A DNA stretch of 64,000 nucleotides, taken from NCBI GenBank assembly GCA_964188305.1, contig OZ076896.1; one strand, written 5' to 3'. Position 1 is the first letter of the stretch. Each line of letters starts with the position of its first letter. The translations under genes were made by a program, and so were the position numbers. The notes beneath the pieces are model-generated. The model searched no databases. It was not told the DNA's origin and worked only from the letters and a program-made list of their open reading frames with translations. Source of the stretch: Podarcis bocagei (lineage: Eukaryota). Of the stretch, positions 13,610 to 26,560 are shown piece after piece.

Positions 13610-13726
13610 CTTTTTAACTTCCAAAGCACACTCCATGAGTGCTTTCACACTTCCAACTTCACGAAGTGTCTTCTTACTGTTCACATCTGCTCGCCAAGAC
13701 AAATTTCTCAACACGCTTGCAATGAC
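13610..13726 (-). CDS. APC: APC coding exon 13 (117 nt)
   Basis: tttgcag|GTCATT...AAAAAG|gttacc; VIASVLRNLSWRADVNSKKTLREVGSVKALMECALEVKK. Confidence 0.98.
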
Positions 13727-14469
13727 CTGCAAAAAATGGAAGAATAAAAAAGCTCAATCTGCCTTATTAACTTTATTGTTTTCTACCCTTTAATACTTGC
13801 TGACTGCCAGGAAACAGTTTAGGATGCATGATTTGCATGATAATAAGCTATTTAATTTACTGGGTTTCATTTTAAAATTTAATTCAATGCAGTAGCCCAC
13901 GAAGTTTCATTTCAAATTCTATTCTACATATGATTTCAAATATTCTGATGAATATTTTGGAATGACTCTTTCCAAGTTCTATGTTTATGTGGTAAAATTA
14001 CAAATTGGAGGGGTGTTTCCAGCTACCCCACCCTGTGAGCACGTCATGGGAAGATTGGTGAAGCTGTGAAGCTCCCTTGTTACTTTTGCTATTAGATGCT
14101 GTGATCTTGTTATTTTTTTTCTTTCAAGTAATCTTGTTATTATACCTGATATTGTTTTGCTATGTTATTATGTAATTGTTTTTGTAGCATTTGTTTGAAA
14201 TGCATCTGTTTCATTGTTGTTAAGCCTCTCTGATCATTGTTTTTGGTGAAAAAGCTGCATACAAATAAAACACATGCAAATTAAGAACTTTCAGACTATG
14301 TGGATCAACTTGTATTACATTAAGGAATACATAAAATACTTGGGCTTTGCCTAATCTCACTTAACATTAGTAGTTGTACAGTTCTATCAAGATGCCCCAA
14401 TCAAGTTTCTTTAATGAAAAAACAAAATGCAATACACAGTAGGATAAAAGTTCTGCAAGTAAGATTTAC

Positions 14470-14547
14470 CTGCTGCAAATCTTCACTTTCAGATTTTAAC
14501 TGGGCAACAAGGGCTCTCATGCAACCTTTCATAGAACACAACGTGGC
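14470..14547 (-). CDS. APC: APC coding exon 12 (78 nt)
   Basis: aatcag|GCCACG...CAGCAG|gtaaat; ATLCSMKGCMRALVAQLKSESEDLQQ. Confidence 0.98.
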
Positions 14548-15316
14548 CTGATTAAAAAGAGAGGGAGATAACGAAACAAATTACTAAGCAGTATCTTGAA
14601 AGGTCACAAGTTACTTTCTTTACAAGCAGAATTAAAGACATAAAACAACATGAAAATTATTATCCAACTTTTCTGCACTAAGTGCACTCACAGCTACTCA
14701 TAAAGCTAAAACTCATAAAGCTAAAACAGTAAATATATAAATTCACAGCAAAAGAACAAAATAATAAATAGCAGTGATCTGGGCCCCAATAGCCCCATCC
14801 TGGATAAGTTGAAGTATCTGAACAATCTTCAATAGCAGTCTCACATAAAACAAATTACTGTAGTTCAACCTAGAGTGGACTAGGGCATGAATGACCATGG
14901 CCAAATCTACCTATTCTCCAGGTAAAGACTTAATTGGCTTATCAGATCATAAGATGCATTAAAATTTCCAAATAGTGGCAGGTTCAAGAATTACAATAAA
15001 GTGCATATGTAGTCAACTATTTCATGACCTATACAAAATACCCTTAAAAAAAGCAGAAAGGAGAATATTAAAATATTAATTAACAATAGTCATAGGGCAT
15101 AAGATAATAATACAGAGCATAATTGTGTTATTGTGGCTGTGTCAATGTCTGCTGAGGAATATCAAGAAACAAGCAGAACTACATTTTTCTGTTCCATGCT
15201 CAACTGTATCACGGCCGTCTGAAGTTAATGACAGCAGCCCATTATATACAGAACAGCTGAAAAGCTGAAAGTTTTAATATTAAAACTATTAAATAGCAAA
15301 AGAAAAATTAACTTAC

Positions 15317-15456
15317 CTTATTTGCTACATCTCCAAAAGTTAAGTTTGTCAGAGCCATTCCAGCATATCGTCTTAATGTGACACTGTAGTGGTCATTAGT
15401 AAGCCCATACATTTCACAGTCTACTTGAAGCAATTCTGCAATGGCCTGCAATCCTC
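15317..15456 (-). CDS. APC: APC coding exon 11 (140 nt)
   Basis: ttatag|GAGGATTG...AATAAG|gtaagt; GLQAIAELLQVDCEMYGLTNDHYSVTLRRYAGMALTNLTFGDVANK. Confidence 0.98.
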
Positions 15457-15533
15457 CTATAAACATAGTGGAAATTTTTGTTAGAAAAAAATATTTTTCG
15501 AAACAATTTATTCTAAGTAATTTATTCTAAGTA

Positions 15534-15774
15534 CAGTGGTACCTCGGTTTAAGAACAGGCCGGTTTACAAACTATTCGGTTTATGAACTCTGCAAAACCA
15601 GAAGTAGTGTCCCGGTTTGCGAACTCTACCTCGGTCTATTAACAGAAGCCGAATGGTGGAAGGGCACCGGCGGTGGGAGGCCTCATTAGGGAAAGCGTAC
15701 CTTGGTTTAAGAACGGTTTCGGTTTAAGAACGGACTTCCGGAACGGATTAAGTTCATAAACTGAGGTACCACTG
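15534..15774. mobile_element. Tc1/mariner (pogo/Tigger-like) MITE
   Basis: TIR CAGTGGTACCTC...GAGGTACCACTG, TA TSDs; second copy at 61888-62096. Confidence 0.9.
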
Positions 15775-16417
15775 TAATTTTATTCTAAATATTCCGAATA
15801 ATTTATTATAAATAATTATTGGCATTTATTTTCTAAGGCCAAAGACAAAGCAAGGGGATGGTTACAAGGGATCCATACTATAGCAACTAAGAATTGTTTT
15901 TAAAGAACTGGGAGCATTTCACGGAAGTATTAAGAATCCAAAGAAAGCAAACCAATTTGCTCCAAATCAGAAAAAACCTGCTATCTGTACACATTGCACT
16001 TTTTGGATAACAAACACTCTTTAAGCATTCAAAGATGAATGTTCCCCCTATGTCTTATATGCAGATGTCACAAGTGAACAGAACTTGAAGAAAAGCAACA
16101 CGTGTGCTGCTAACAACCACTCTTGTCAGCACCACTGTTGTTTCTTCCTGCATATATGCAACTATGCAGCTATGGAACAAATGGGTTGGGGATAAAGATA
16201 CCTAGCTCAACAAATTATCTAAACAGAAGGAGCTACAGCATTCTCCAGAGCCAAGATAACAATTTTAAAACAATAAGCATTCACGTACTGAAAGGGTGAG
16301 GAAAATCTAACATTTTTTCTTTCTGATTGTGGATACCATCAGGTTGTTAAAGCTCTAACTAATCCATGTAATGTGATCTTGAGCATATACTTTCGATACT
16401 TTTTGCTCCACTCTTAC

Positions 16418-16513
16418 CAAGTTCATTCATCGCATGACGGTGCTCTTCATCAAATGAAAGCTTCATAAGAACACAAACTGCAGGACAGATCTGATGGTCA
16501 ACGGGAGCTGGCA
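16418..16513 (-). CDS. APC: APC coding exon 10 (96 nt)
   Basis: tgacaag|TGCCAGCT...CTTG|gtaaga; PAPVDHQICPAVCVLMKLSFDEEHRHAMNEL. Confidence 0.97.
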
Positions 16514-16884
16514 CTTGTCAGAACAAGGAAAACAATTACTATTTACTTCATCAATTAGTTATTTAACAAAGCAAAGCTTAGAGAGGTTTAGTTTCTAAGC
16601 TGTTTATTAGACACCTGAAAGGCAACCTAATTAAGGGGGGGGGCCCTACACAATTATGAAATAAACAGTTTCTACATTCTGCATAACTGTGCATAGTCTT
16701 TCTGGACTTCAAAGCAACAAGTCACCCAATATGAGGCGATTGATAGATGGGTGTCCTCATCTACTATATTTGGCTCATGGGGGTAAACCTGACCAGGATC
16801 TGGCCTGCAGAGCCAAAAAGGTTTCCCCTCCTTATACACATGGAACTCCACACAAGAACACAGGCCTCTTTTTTAAAAAAAAAA

Positions 16885-17098
16885 CATTTGTTTATAAGAT
16901 TAGCTGCCCTGCACCGTGAGACTGAAAGGTGGGCTACATAACAATGTATAAAAACATAAAACAGATGAAAATCAGAACAATTTTAAAGCATATAAAACAG
17001 ATGGAAAATTGGAGCAGAGCACTATAAATTCAGCAGAGGAGGTGGCTCACAAAAAATAACTGTCAAAAGCCAAGGTAAAGAGAGGAGTCTTCAGTATA
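16885..17098 (-). mobile_element. Degenerate L2-type LINE 3' end
   Basis: Layout like other squamate L2 tails (A-rich stretch, then AAAGCC...GTCTTCAG). Confidence 0.4.
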
Positions 17099-17745
17099 TG
17101 TCACAGGGATGGGCTTGGAGCCAATCTGGGTCTCTGCTCTTGGACCTAGGAGCCCTAATGCATTATGGGGGAATGTTATCATAGGGGAACTTGCCTACCC
17201 CTCCCGCCTTCCTCCACCCCAGACCAACTACAGTTCTTAGAGTCTTCCTTCTTTGCCAGTTATGTTGCTGCTAAGTTTCTTCCCTTGCAATCTCCCTCTG
17301 GGTGTAAGAAGTCATTTTCCTAGTCAGCATTTTCCCTTGTTTATAAAGAGAAAGCTGCTACACCTGCTTGTCTCATATCTCTGCTTTCCCACCTCGGTCC
17401 TCATCCAGCCCATTTGGATGTATAGTTAATTAGCACCTTCAGACACCGAGGTTGTCGAAGAATTTGGGTACAAATACTGCAGATAAATGGACGAGGCTTA
17501 AGATACTTTAAGGTAGTGAAAAGAAAATGCAAGATTAAAGTAGCAACAGAGTGGAATTATAGGAAAACCAAGCAAAAGTGACATGGGCTATAGTGGGCAG
17601 ATTTGCCCATCATAACCAGAGGTCTCATTTCTCACACAGCTTGCTTGAAACTGTTTGTTCTAAAAAGAACTCCGATTCAAAGCCGTAACATGAAAAAACA
17701 CTTCGCGCTGGTTTTAAAGTAAAAGCTTTAAACACAGTTACATAC

Positions 17746-18124
17746 TTGGATTTTTGTCCTGGTCCATGCCTTGGTCGTGTGCTTCCTGCCATTCCCAACA
17801 CGTTTCACAGTAAGCTCGGATTTGTTCTAGAAGATGAAGGACTCTGATTTCTCGCCTGCCTCGCTTATCGTCAGGCTGCGAGTGAATGATATTATGCAAT
17901 GCTGCGCTGGCTCTGGCACGGGCCTCCTTGCTACCCCGGGAGTTTCCCAACAACACCGAGTCTTTATCGTTGCCATGCAGAAGTTGAATGAGGAGCGGAA
18001 GACATCCAGACTGGCGCATAGCTATGCAGCTGTCCTGGGAGCTAGACATGGCTAGCAAAGTTCGTGACATGTCATCTTTATCATGAGTACCCAACATGGA
18101 CAGCAATGAATACACCATTTCAAC
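17746..18124 (-). CDS. APC: APC coding exon 9 (379 nt)
   Basis: ttgtag|GTTGAAATG...CCAA|gtatgt; VEMVYSLLSMLGTHDKDDMSRTLL...DQDKNP. Confidence 0.98.
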
Positions 18125-19047
18125 CTACAAAGCAAGCAATTTTTAAAAACATGTTACCAATTTTTAAAGAATAAGAAATGGCATGTGCCACCAGGAGAAT
18201 TTTTGATGAATTGATGATGAATTAAGCCTTTGGGCCTAGGTTAGCAACTCTCAACATTACAGATTCTGTATTGCACTATTCTTAGGCAGCTAAAATAATG
18301 TTGACATAGTAGTACAAACTGTATCACCAAAATTAGTGGAGGATTCACTATGCATTACTCTTGTCTGTAAACAGGACAGGGCACTCATAAACAATTATGC
18401 ATTTTCAGAAAAGCTTAATGACACCCTCCTCAAATTTTTAATGTAGCAGGAATCTAATGCCACATCCTGAAATACTAGTAGTAGCACTGTGGCAGCTGCT
18501 TTGATACTTACATTCTATAATGCTGAAGCCATTACTAAAGATTGACAGACTTGTTAGATTTTGTACATGACAAGGTCATCTGACACACTCAATGCGTCAG
18601 TATATACTGAGCAGCTGAAACCATCTCAAGGGCCACAATCATATTTCAAAATCAGCATGAGACTTTCCCTGCAAAATGACTGCCCAGTTGGACAGAAAAA
18701 GATCAGCTAATTGGAGGTTGCCAGACAAGTTTGAAAGGGAACATCAATCAATCAATCAGTCACTATAAGTTTATTGTTCAAGTCAAAGGTAAACCTGCAG
18801 CAACAGTACCAATAAAACAATACATCCATAATATGAGCCAACACCTATGATGTAAGAGAGAGGTTACCAGAGGCACCAACAAACTCAAATTCAGCTTGGT
18901 TTCAAATGAAAATTCCATAACATCACAACACTTTATAATGATTTTATCTAACCCCTTTTTCCTTCAATGGGACTATCAATATTACTACCCTTTCTCAAAA
19001 GTAAGTGTAAAATGTGGCATTAACAGCCTGTGACAAACTTTGGTTAC

Positions 19048-19146
19048 CTTAGTACCTAGGTGATTTGTCAGTCTTCGAGGAACAGAGTAACTGCTGCTAG
19101 AACTCATAACACTTGATGTCTCATGGTCCATACGGGCAGCTGAACC
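19048..19146 (-). CDS. APC: APC coding exon 8 (99 nt)
   Basis: ctcttag|GGTTCA...ACTAAG|gtaacc; GSAARMDHETSSVMSSSSSYSVPRRLTNHLGTK. Confidence 0.97.
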
Positions 19147-21953
19147 CTAAGAGTTTAATCAACAATTTGGCGATGAAAGCATTAGCATAACACAAAATCA
19201 TTTTAAAATTTCAGCATTTTAGAATGCAACACAATTTAGAAGTTAGGGTTAAACAAAGCTGACATGTCAACTCTGTAAAAATCGAATTGTGCCAGAGGAG
19301 GGAAAGCTGCATCGTGACCTGAGTCACAAAGCAACAAGCGGTTAGCCATTTTGCCAGCAATGATGAAAATAGAATCTTTTAAATTATTGTTAACAACGTA
19401 ACCATACCGTTTAGATTGGAGGATACGCGAATAGGAAGTGCTGCACTCACAAAGTAAGAAATATTTTTGTGAGAAATATTTCATTCCCTTAACCATAGCC
19501 CCTGGGCCAACCAACACAATTCTCTCTCACAGGTGACATATTCAAGCACAATTTCAGCATTATTGCTCTTTTCTCCTCCACTTGCACTACCAATGTCAGG
19601 GATGCGCTTAGTCATGCCAATTGCGTTCTCTCTCTCTTTCTCCTCTCCCTTTAGGCAATGAAGTGACTACCCAAATTTCATTTAGGGGTGATCAGTTAAG
19701 TGTGACTGTGACATCATAGCATTTGCTGGGATGCTGTCCAGTTAAAGGATGTTTAGTTCATTTACTATTTGGCTTTTAGATGATCAACTAAGTTTAAATT
19801 ATTGCAAAACTCAATGAAGGTGCCCTTTTCAAAGTTTCTGTAGTAGGGAGACCATTTCTCCATAAATGTGAGAAGCTTACATTTGTGTATATACTATTGT
19901 GTATATACTATTTCTATAATTTCTATATACTATAATTCTATATACTATAATTTCTATTTCTACTAATTTTGAACAGGAATCAACTTAATTTAATCTGGGG
20001 GACTCAATACTGAGCACATCAATTAAATGATTAATAACTTACATCCGAGTTTTCTTAGGATAGATTATGTGGCAAAGGTCATAATATCCTCTTACCATTT
20101 AATCATTACTTCACCTCAGGAAAAGCCACTTGGGTAAGAAATCCCATTAACCTTTCCATGTCCAACCCCCCAAAGATCATTGTGAATACCAAACATTACA
20201 TTTGGCTATTACTATTAGGAGGACAGGACGCAAGGGTGGAATCTTTTGGCTTCCAAGCAGAATTTTATTATGTTTTTATTTATACCCCAGCCAAATGGGT
20301 GGGATATAAATAATAAAATTATTATTATTACTATTATCATTATTATCAGAATGAAGGTGTTTCTTGCCTTCTACCTATGAGATGCAGCAGTTATTAATCA
20401 CACTGGCATCCTCTAATATTCTTCTTTTGGGGAGACAAGTGGAATGGGGGCTCTTACTAGGGCACTCTAAAACTTTTTTATGCAAGGTTTCGGCTTGCAG
20501 ACCTGACCATTATTTGCCCGCCCACCCTAGGACTACCCACTTGTCAATCACCTGATGTCACAACCAAGTGAAACCACACAGGGAAATGTAAAATGCCTTT
20601 TAAAGTGCACCATAAGCCCAGACAATCAGCTAGATGCAGGCTCTTAAGAAGCCCATTGCAAATCACTTGGCAAGATCCCATTGTGGAGCCCTTTGCGCAG
20701 GACTTTCCAGGCCCTGCCAATTAGCTGAGCAGCAGCAGCTGAAGACCCCTTTCAGGAGAGGAAGGTCGTTTACCTGCCTTGAACCTGTCATTAGGTATAG
20801 GGCTGGTGGGTGTGGCCTGGCTGCAACTGCCTGGCAGGGTTAGGGTTGACCTGGCCCCCAGGACAGAGGTTCTCCACCCAGATCCAGATCTTACTCTCAA
20901 CACATAAGCAAGTCAGGCCATGTTTACCTTCCTCTACATTCCTACTGCTGTTTCAAAATTAAAAGAAATCCAGAAATGGTGGAAAGGAAGCACATGCAGC
21001 CCCTAAAGTTCCACTCCACGTCCAACTTGAATACAAATAACTCCCTGCTTGCACGCGTTCAGCACACACACAATTTTTGGCCCCAGAAGGAGTGGTGGAA
21101 TGGGCTTACACGCAGCCTGCCAATGCACATGGTGTTTCAGAACACAACCCCTGTGCAAACGGGGAGTTGCCTGTACAATGATGGCAGCAGTAATATAAAA
21201 GGGTAGTGGGCACAATTATTATAGCACACTCATATATCTGGGCTTAATACCTCCCCCACCACCTCCCAAAAGATTGGGGGCGCATAATGGATTTCGCCAG
21301 CCAAGGTAACCAAGCCCAATATTAGGAAACCTGTGTTTATTGTGTTCTTTTTGCCTCAATGGTTGCAAGACAAAAAGCTTGGCAGCTGCCTGCATTAGTG
21401 AGTATTTTCCAGGAATGAAAGAAAGTTCAGAGATGAAGTAGCAATAGGGCAACAGATAGTGCGGTTTGCCACTTGGCTGTTTGGTCCAACAGTATAGAGC
21501 TGAAAGTGGGACAGACTTTAATCAGTGGACTTTTTAATTCTGTGCTTGGTCCAAAGGCAATTTGCTCCTCTCATCCTCCTTCCCGGCAGCCTCCTTGCTC
21601 AGAATCATTTTTTTTTATGTTTTCTGCATAAGTACTGCTTATTCCAGGGGAATGGCAAAGCAGCAGCATATTCACTCAATTTTTTTTTTGAAATTGTGAC
21701 GGGTAGAATTTAAATCCAAAGACTTCACTGAAATAGTAAGGTTCTTGTCTAATATTTTGGTTTGTAAATGACACTTGCTAGCCAAGGCCCTCACAGAATG
21801 CATATCTATTTAAAAGATTATTTAATAGAAGTGCTTATATTTATGTGGCCCAAGGATGGCGCTCTACACATACAGTTGCTCCAAGGGGCACATGAAAAGC
21901 CTGCCCATACAAATACTTCACCATTACTTCAAATATAGTTGGGTCTTCTAGGC

Positions 21954-22080
21954 CAGGAGTGGCTAACAGCAGTTGTTGAACTACAACTCCCATCAGTCCC
22001 AGTCATGTTAGCCAATGGTTCAAAGATTATGGGAGCTGTCCTTTTTCAGTATCTAGAGGGACACAGGTTGATCAACCCTG
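21954..22080. mobile_element. Degenerate palindromic hAT MITE
   Basis: CAGG...ACTACAACTCCCATCA...TGGGAGCTG...CCCTG; same family as 2565-2700. Confidence 0.6.
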
Positions 22081-24034
22081 CTACAGGCAATATATTAACC
22101 AATTTTTTAAAAAAATGTAAGAATTCAAGGAAGGACAGAAAAAAATATGAAAAACATACAGTAAAACTGGTTGTGTAAATAAGGGAAAAAATGATGAATA
22201 AGGCAGTGATTATGAGAGAGCAAGAGAAGAGAGCCTTTACACTAAGCTGTCCTCTGCCACAGAAATAGCTGGAAAAGTACACAAGCGAAAGCACTGCAGC
22301 TGTAATGATCTGTCCATGGAACCTAATACTAAATTCCTTATAATAATCAAACCTGCTTTGGATAAGCTATAGAGCTTAAACATTGGCAATTATGAAGATG
22401 ACCAATCAATTTGTTCTTCCAGAAATTGTTAGAAAGCCCTGAATTTGACAAAAGACCCAAATCATGCTGAACTGTATTTTTCAACTGATCCTACTGAAGA
22501 CAGAACCAGTTAAATATACCCCAAACCTATTAAAATAGTAGTAAACAGGAGTCCTTGGAATGTACCAATCCCCATCTCTTACTGGATACTCACTCTACCT
22601 CTGCCACCACCCTTTCTGATCCTGCTTGAATATACTCTTATTTTTTTCTCATCAACACAACTAGTTCTGCTACATTCCCAACCTACTGTCTTCAACTCTA
22701 TTCTCATCTCACGTGGTGCAGTTTTTAATTCTTATTTTAATATTCTCTCCATTGAACTCATCACCAAATGGATTTTTCTTGTAAAAATGAAGTTCACTTC
22801 TATCCTTTAGCTAACTTAGGAGCATCCACATTTCAGCGAATTTCATTTGCTCTCCCTAAATGCAGCAGAGCGCATGCAGAACAGTGCAGTCATGCAGAAA
22901 GAAGTGTCGCCTTCTGAAAAATACTATGGTAGCCAAATCATCAAGTATAATATTCATTTGACTATCAAAAAAATGTCTGGGCTTGACCAGGGTATTTATT
23001 TTTATTTATTTTTTGCCTTCTAGTAATAATATCCTCTGCCACAAGGTAGGTTGACCTGAGCTCCAGAAATGAAATACTGGTGCCCAATCCATTAAGCCTT
23101 TTCCCCCTGGCCTTGCATAAAAAGGAGGTAATCCCCCAGATGTCTCATAGCAAGATGGATTGAATGACTCATATCCATAAAGCTAGTGGGGGTGGGGAAA
23201 TAAGATTAATACTATAAGCACATTTTTTTATGAGGGAAAGTCAGAATTGTTCTAAAACACCAGGGTTATTCATACCAAGCTCTCTGGCTAGAAGACACTT
23301 TTCTCATCACCTCCTGAGTTCACCCACATTAAGGTCCCATACAAGGTATGCTGTAGCTTATTTACAAGAACATTTTTTTAATTGGTTTTAAATCTGAACA
23401 AATCGGGTTTAAACTGTATGTCATTCTAAATGAATGTTTAAAATGTTCCACATGATGAAAACACAACCGGACAACAATTGTATTACTATATACATAGCAA
23501 AGGAACAGCAGGAAATAATGAAAAATATATCTGCTTCCAATATAAATGAACAATTTGACTGATAATTTATTATTCTAGTGGTTTATAACACTGCCTTCCA
23601 CAACCCCCCCCAAATTTATAATCATAAGCTTCTACTTTGAAGCCATAAAAATAATGCAGAATTAGCAGCCATTTTAAAATAGTATCAAAGAAAATTCCCT
23701 GTATTAATCACATTTTAACTTGAAAACCTGGCTATATCAACATGAATTTGATAGCCATGCAAGGCTCCTTTCCCTTAAATTTACACATAATAGCAATCTG
23801 ACCAAGATTTGTACTTGCTTACAGTGTAGAACATTTAAATTCTATCTATATGGTACATTCCTTTGTAACAGATTAAAGAGCACTCATCTCCTCCAGCACA
23901 AAGCCTTCTCTGATTTAGTGCACCTGAAGGAATCCATTCGCGCACAATTATACTGCCATAGCAGACTCACTACATCCCACCTCCTCAAGCACCATATGTT
24001 GAAGCATTACTTATAAATAAAATGTTGACTTTAC

Positions 24035-24139
24035 CTGACTACTGCCAGCAGTTGCCACACTGATTTCTGCTGCTCCTTGACCTTCATTTTGCCTCTCAGC
24101 TTCATGCGAGCCTGCATCGTGCTTGCTTGGAGGTGCCCT
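24035..24139 (-). CDS. APC: APC coding exon 7 (105 nt)
   Basis: ttgacag|AGGGCA...AGTCAG|gtaaag; RAPPSKHDAGSHEAERQNEGQGAAEISVATAGSSQ. Confidence 0.96.
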
Positions 24140-25169
24140 CTGTCAATGTAAGAGTTTGCGACATTACGCACAGAAATGGAGTACGCTTCCACTTTAAGCT
24201 TAAAACTGTGAACACGTCAATGCTGTAGCTTCACGAACCACTGAACTATGCTTTATTTTTCATAACCTCTAGCCTCAATAATTAGCAGCCGAGAGCGACC
24301 GCCTTAGCAAAATTGCAGGATGAAAGTGAAGCATGTCCTCTGAGGATTATAGCTCTAGAAGACAAAGGATTTGCTGTGAGATACAAAACACCATCCTCCA
24401 CCAGCTGTGCTCACATCACTATCAGAAATGTAACAGAATTGGAGCAAACAACTGTCTCCTCTGCAATGTCACATGATCTATGCACTTACTGGAGGCTATG
24501 ACTGGAACAGTTAAAATATTACTTACGCTTCGCAATCAAATAGAAACACCTTCTGGGTGGATAGCCCAAAATACACATAGTACGCCCGTTTTGTACTATT
24601 TGGAAGCTTTCCACAATTTAGTTATAGCATGACACATGTCGGAGCATCCATCTTAACGTGAAAGAAATTTAGACAAGTGGTTTGTCCCCAGACTAATCGT
24701 TCTGCAACTCAATGAATAAAATTGGGCAACGTAACAGTGCTGTTTCCTATTAAAAAGGCAAACCAGTATATAGAAAATAAAACCCAGATTTTTTTTCATA
24801 CCATCTTAAAGGTAATGAAAGTTAAAGGTTGTGAAATTTTATTTTTAAAAGTGACTCAAATGCACAAAGAACTGCATACAGAACAGGAGATACACCTTTA
24901 TTCAGTTTTTTACTGTCTGAAGCTTCATTTATACATCCCTTAAGAAAAAAACCCCTATAGAACAGTTTTAAAGGAATCACTGGCCCCACTATAAAAAAGG
25001 GTTAGATCCCTACCGCCTACAAACATTGTATGGCCATGTGCATTTCAAGAAGTTCAGTGTTGTATTAGACTGTGCGGTTCTATGGCTGAAGCTAATGGCA
25101 ATAATTAAATTGAACATGGGGCTATTAGAGAATAAACTGGGACACAAAATAATCTACAGTAATAATCCA

Positions 25170-25420
25170 GTATGTTCAATCTTTTTCTCTCCCTCCATCC
25201 ATGATAAAAGTCTGAACTCAGGGACTTCCACTGAAGCTAAATGTTGAAAGATTTAGAAGAGACTAAGTACTTATTCACAGAGTACATAGTTAAATTATGG
25301 AATTCACTTCCACATGATGTTGTGATGGCTACCAACTTGGATGGTTTTAGTGGAGGATTAGATGAATTCATGAAGGATAAAGCCGGCCATTGTGGCTAGT
25401 AGTCACTGATATGTTCTCCT
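25170..25420 (+). mobile_element. CR1 LINE 3' fragment
   Basis: Translates to KYLFTEYIVKLWNSLPHDVVMATNLDGFSGGLDEFMKDK, typical CR1 ORF2 C-terminus. Confidence 0.75.
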
Positions 25421-25687
25421 TCTGCTACGGGGGCAGCAAGACCAACAGGGGGATACAAGTACTTTAAAACAAAGTCAACTGGACAATTCTGAAGGAAGTC
25501 AGAGCACAAAATGCGTAGGCAGTTCTAATGCTTCAGCACTCGACCGGCAGCACCACTGCTAAGATTCTGTGAGAGACTCCCAGAGCCTGTGCAAGAGCTT
25601 CCCAGAGCTCGGTAAGCAAGTCTGAGAACTTAAAAGCTCTTTCTGCGCCAAGAAAACCCAGTGTGGAAAGAGATGATGTTGATGATG

Positions 25688-25759
<72 letters not shown>
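25688..25759. repeat. (ATA)n microsatellite, tail of an L2-type 3' end at ~25765-25865
   Basis: ~24 perfect ATA units next to TACCCCGACCATCTGGCTGGGCTTCCCCAGCCACTCTGGG. Confidence 0.92.
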
Positions 25760-26063
25760 TATGATGTATACCCCGACCATCTGGCTGGGCTTCCCCAGCC
25801 ACTCTGGGTGGCTTCCAAAAAAATATTAAAATACTGTAATACATCAAAGATTAAAAGCTTCCCAATTGCTTGTGCAATTTCAGCAGGCCGACTATGGAGT
25901 ATGTAAAGCTGAAATTGCACAAGTTAAATATGCACAAGATGAAAGTTGACTGTATATGTATCTTGGTTTTCTTCCCAGGAGCTCAAGGCTGTGATCACTG
26001 TCTTCCCCTTCCCTTTTTTATATTCACAACAGCCCTGCAACGTAGGCCAGGATGAGAGTTGGT

Positions 26064-26197
26064 NNNNNNNNNNNNNNNNNNNNNNNNNNNNNNNNNNNNN
26101 NNNNNNNNNNNNNNNNNNNNNNNNNNNNNNNNNNNNNNNNNNNNNNNNNNNNNNNNNNNNNNNNNNNNNNNNNNNNNNNNNNNNNNNNNNNNNNNNN
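26064..26197. other. Assembly gap (134 N) in intron 6
   Basis: Run of N. Confidence 1.
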
Positions 26198-26289
26198 TAA
26201 ACATCAGGCCTATGAAACATTGCAGTTAAAGCAAGGAAGATTCTTTTCTGGCTTCCTTTAAATTATCTTTGAATAACATTACCGAAGAA

Positions 26290-26560
26290 CTTAAGAAAAG
26301 CCCTGCTGGACAATGACCATCTAGCCCAGCATCCTCTTCTCACAGTGGCCAATCCCTTTTCTATGAAATGCCTGCAAGTGCAATGAAACCCTCCCTGTCC
26401 TATGGGAACACAGCAAACTGTATTCAGGCAACTGTGGAGCCAGAGCATAGCCTTATCCTCCATGAATTTGTTTCATTCCCTTTGAAAGCCAGGCAGATTG
26501 GTGGCCCTCACTGCCTCCTATGTGAGTGTTTTGCACAGTTTAACTATGTGCTGTCTGACA
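26290..26560 (-). mobile_element. Degenerate CR1 3' end
   Basis: CCATCTAGCCCAGCATCC...TCCTCCATGAATTTG...CACAGTTTAACTATG, reverse of the CR1 terminal motifs. Confidence 0.6.

Noticed and set aside
15457-16417. Orthologue of the mammalian 54-nt exon 10A
   Set aside because: No matching in-frame 54-nt exon found; the AG near 16148 leads to a stop and lacks a good donor
20928-20950. Apparent micro-exon (cag cag tag GAATGTAGAGGAAG|gtaaac)
   Set aside because: Lies inside an imperfect inverted repeat (GGCCATGTTTAC...GCACATGCAGCC) that looks like a MITE remnant, and all lengths shift frame
25533-26261. Poly-Leu/Tyr/Ile and X-containing ORFs
   Set aside because: Translations of the (ATA)n microsatellite and the N gap
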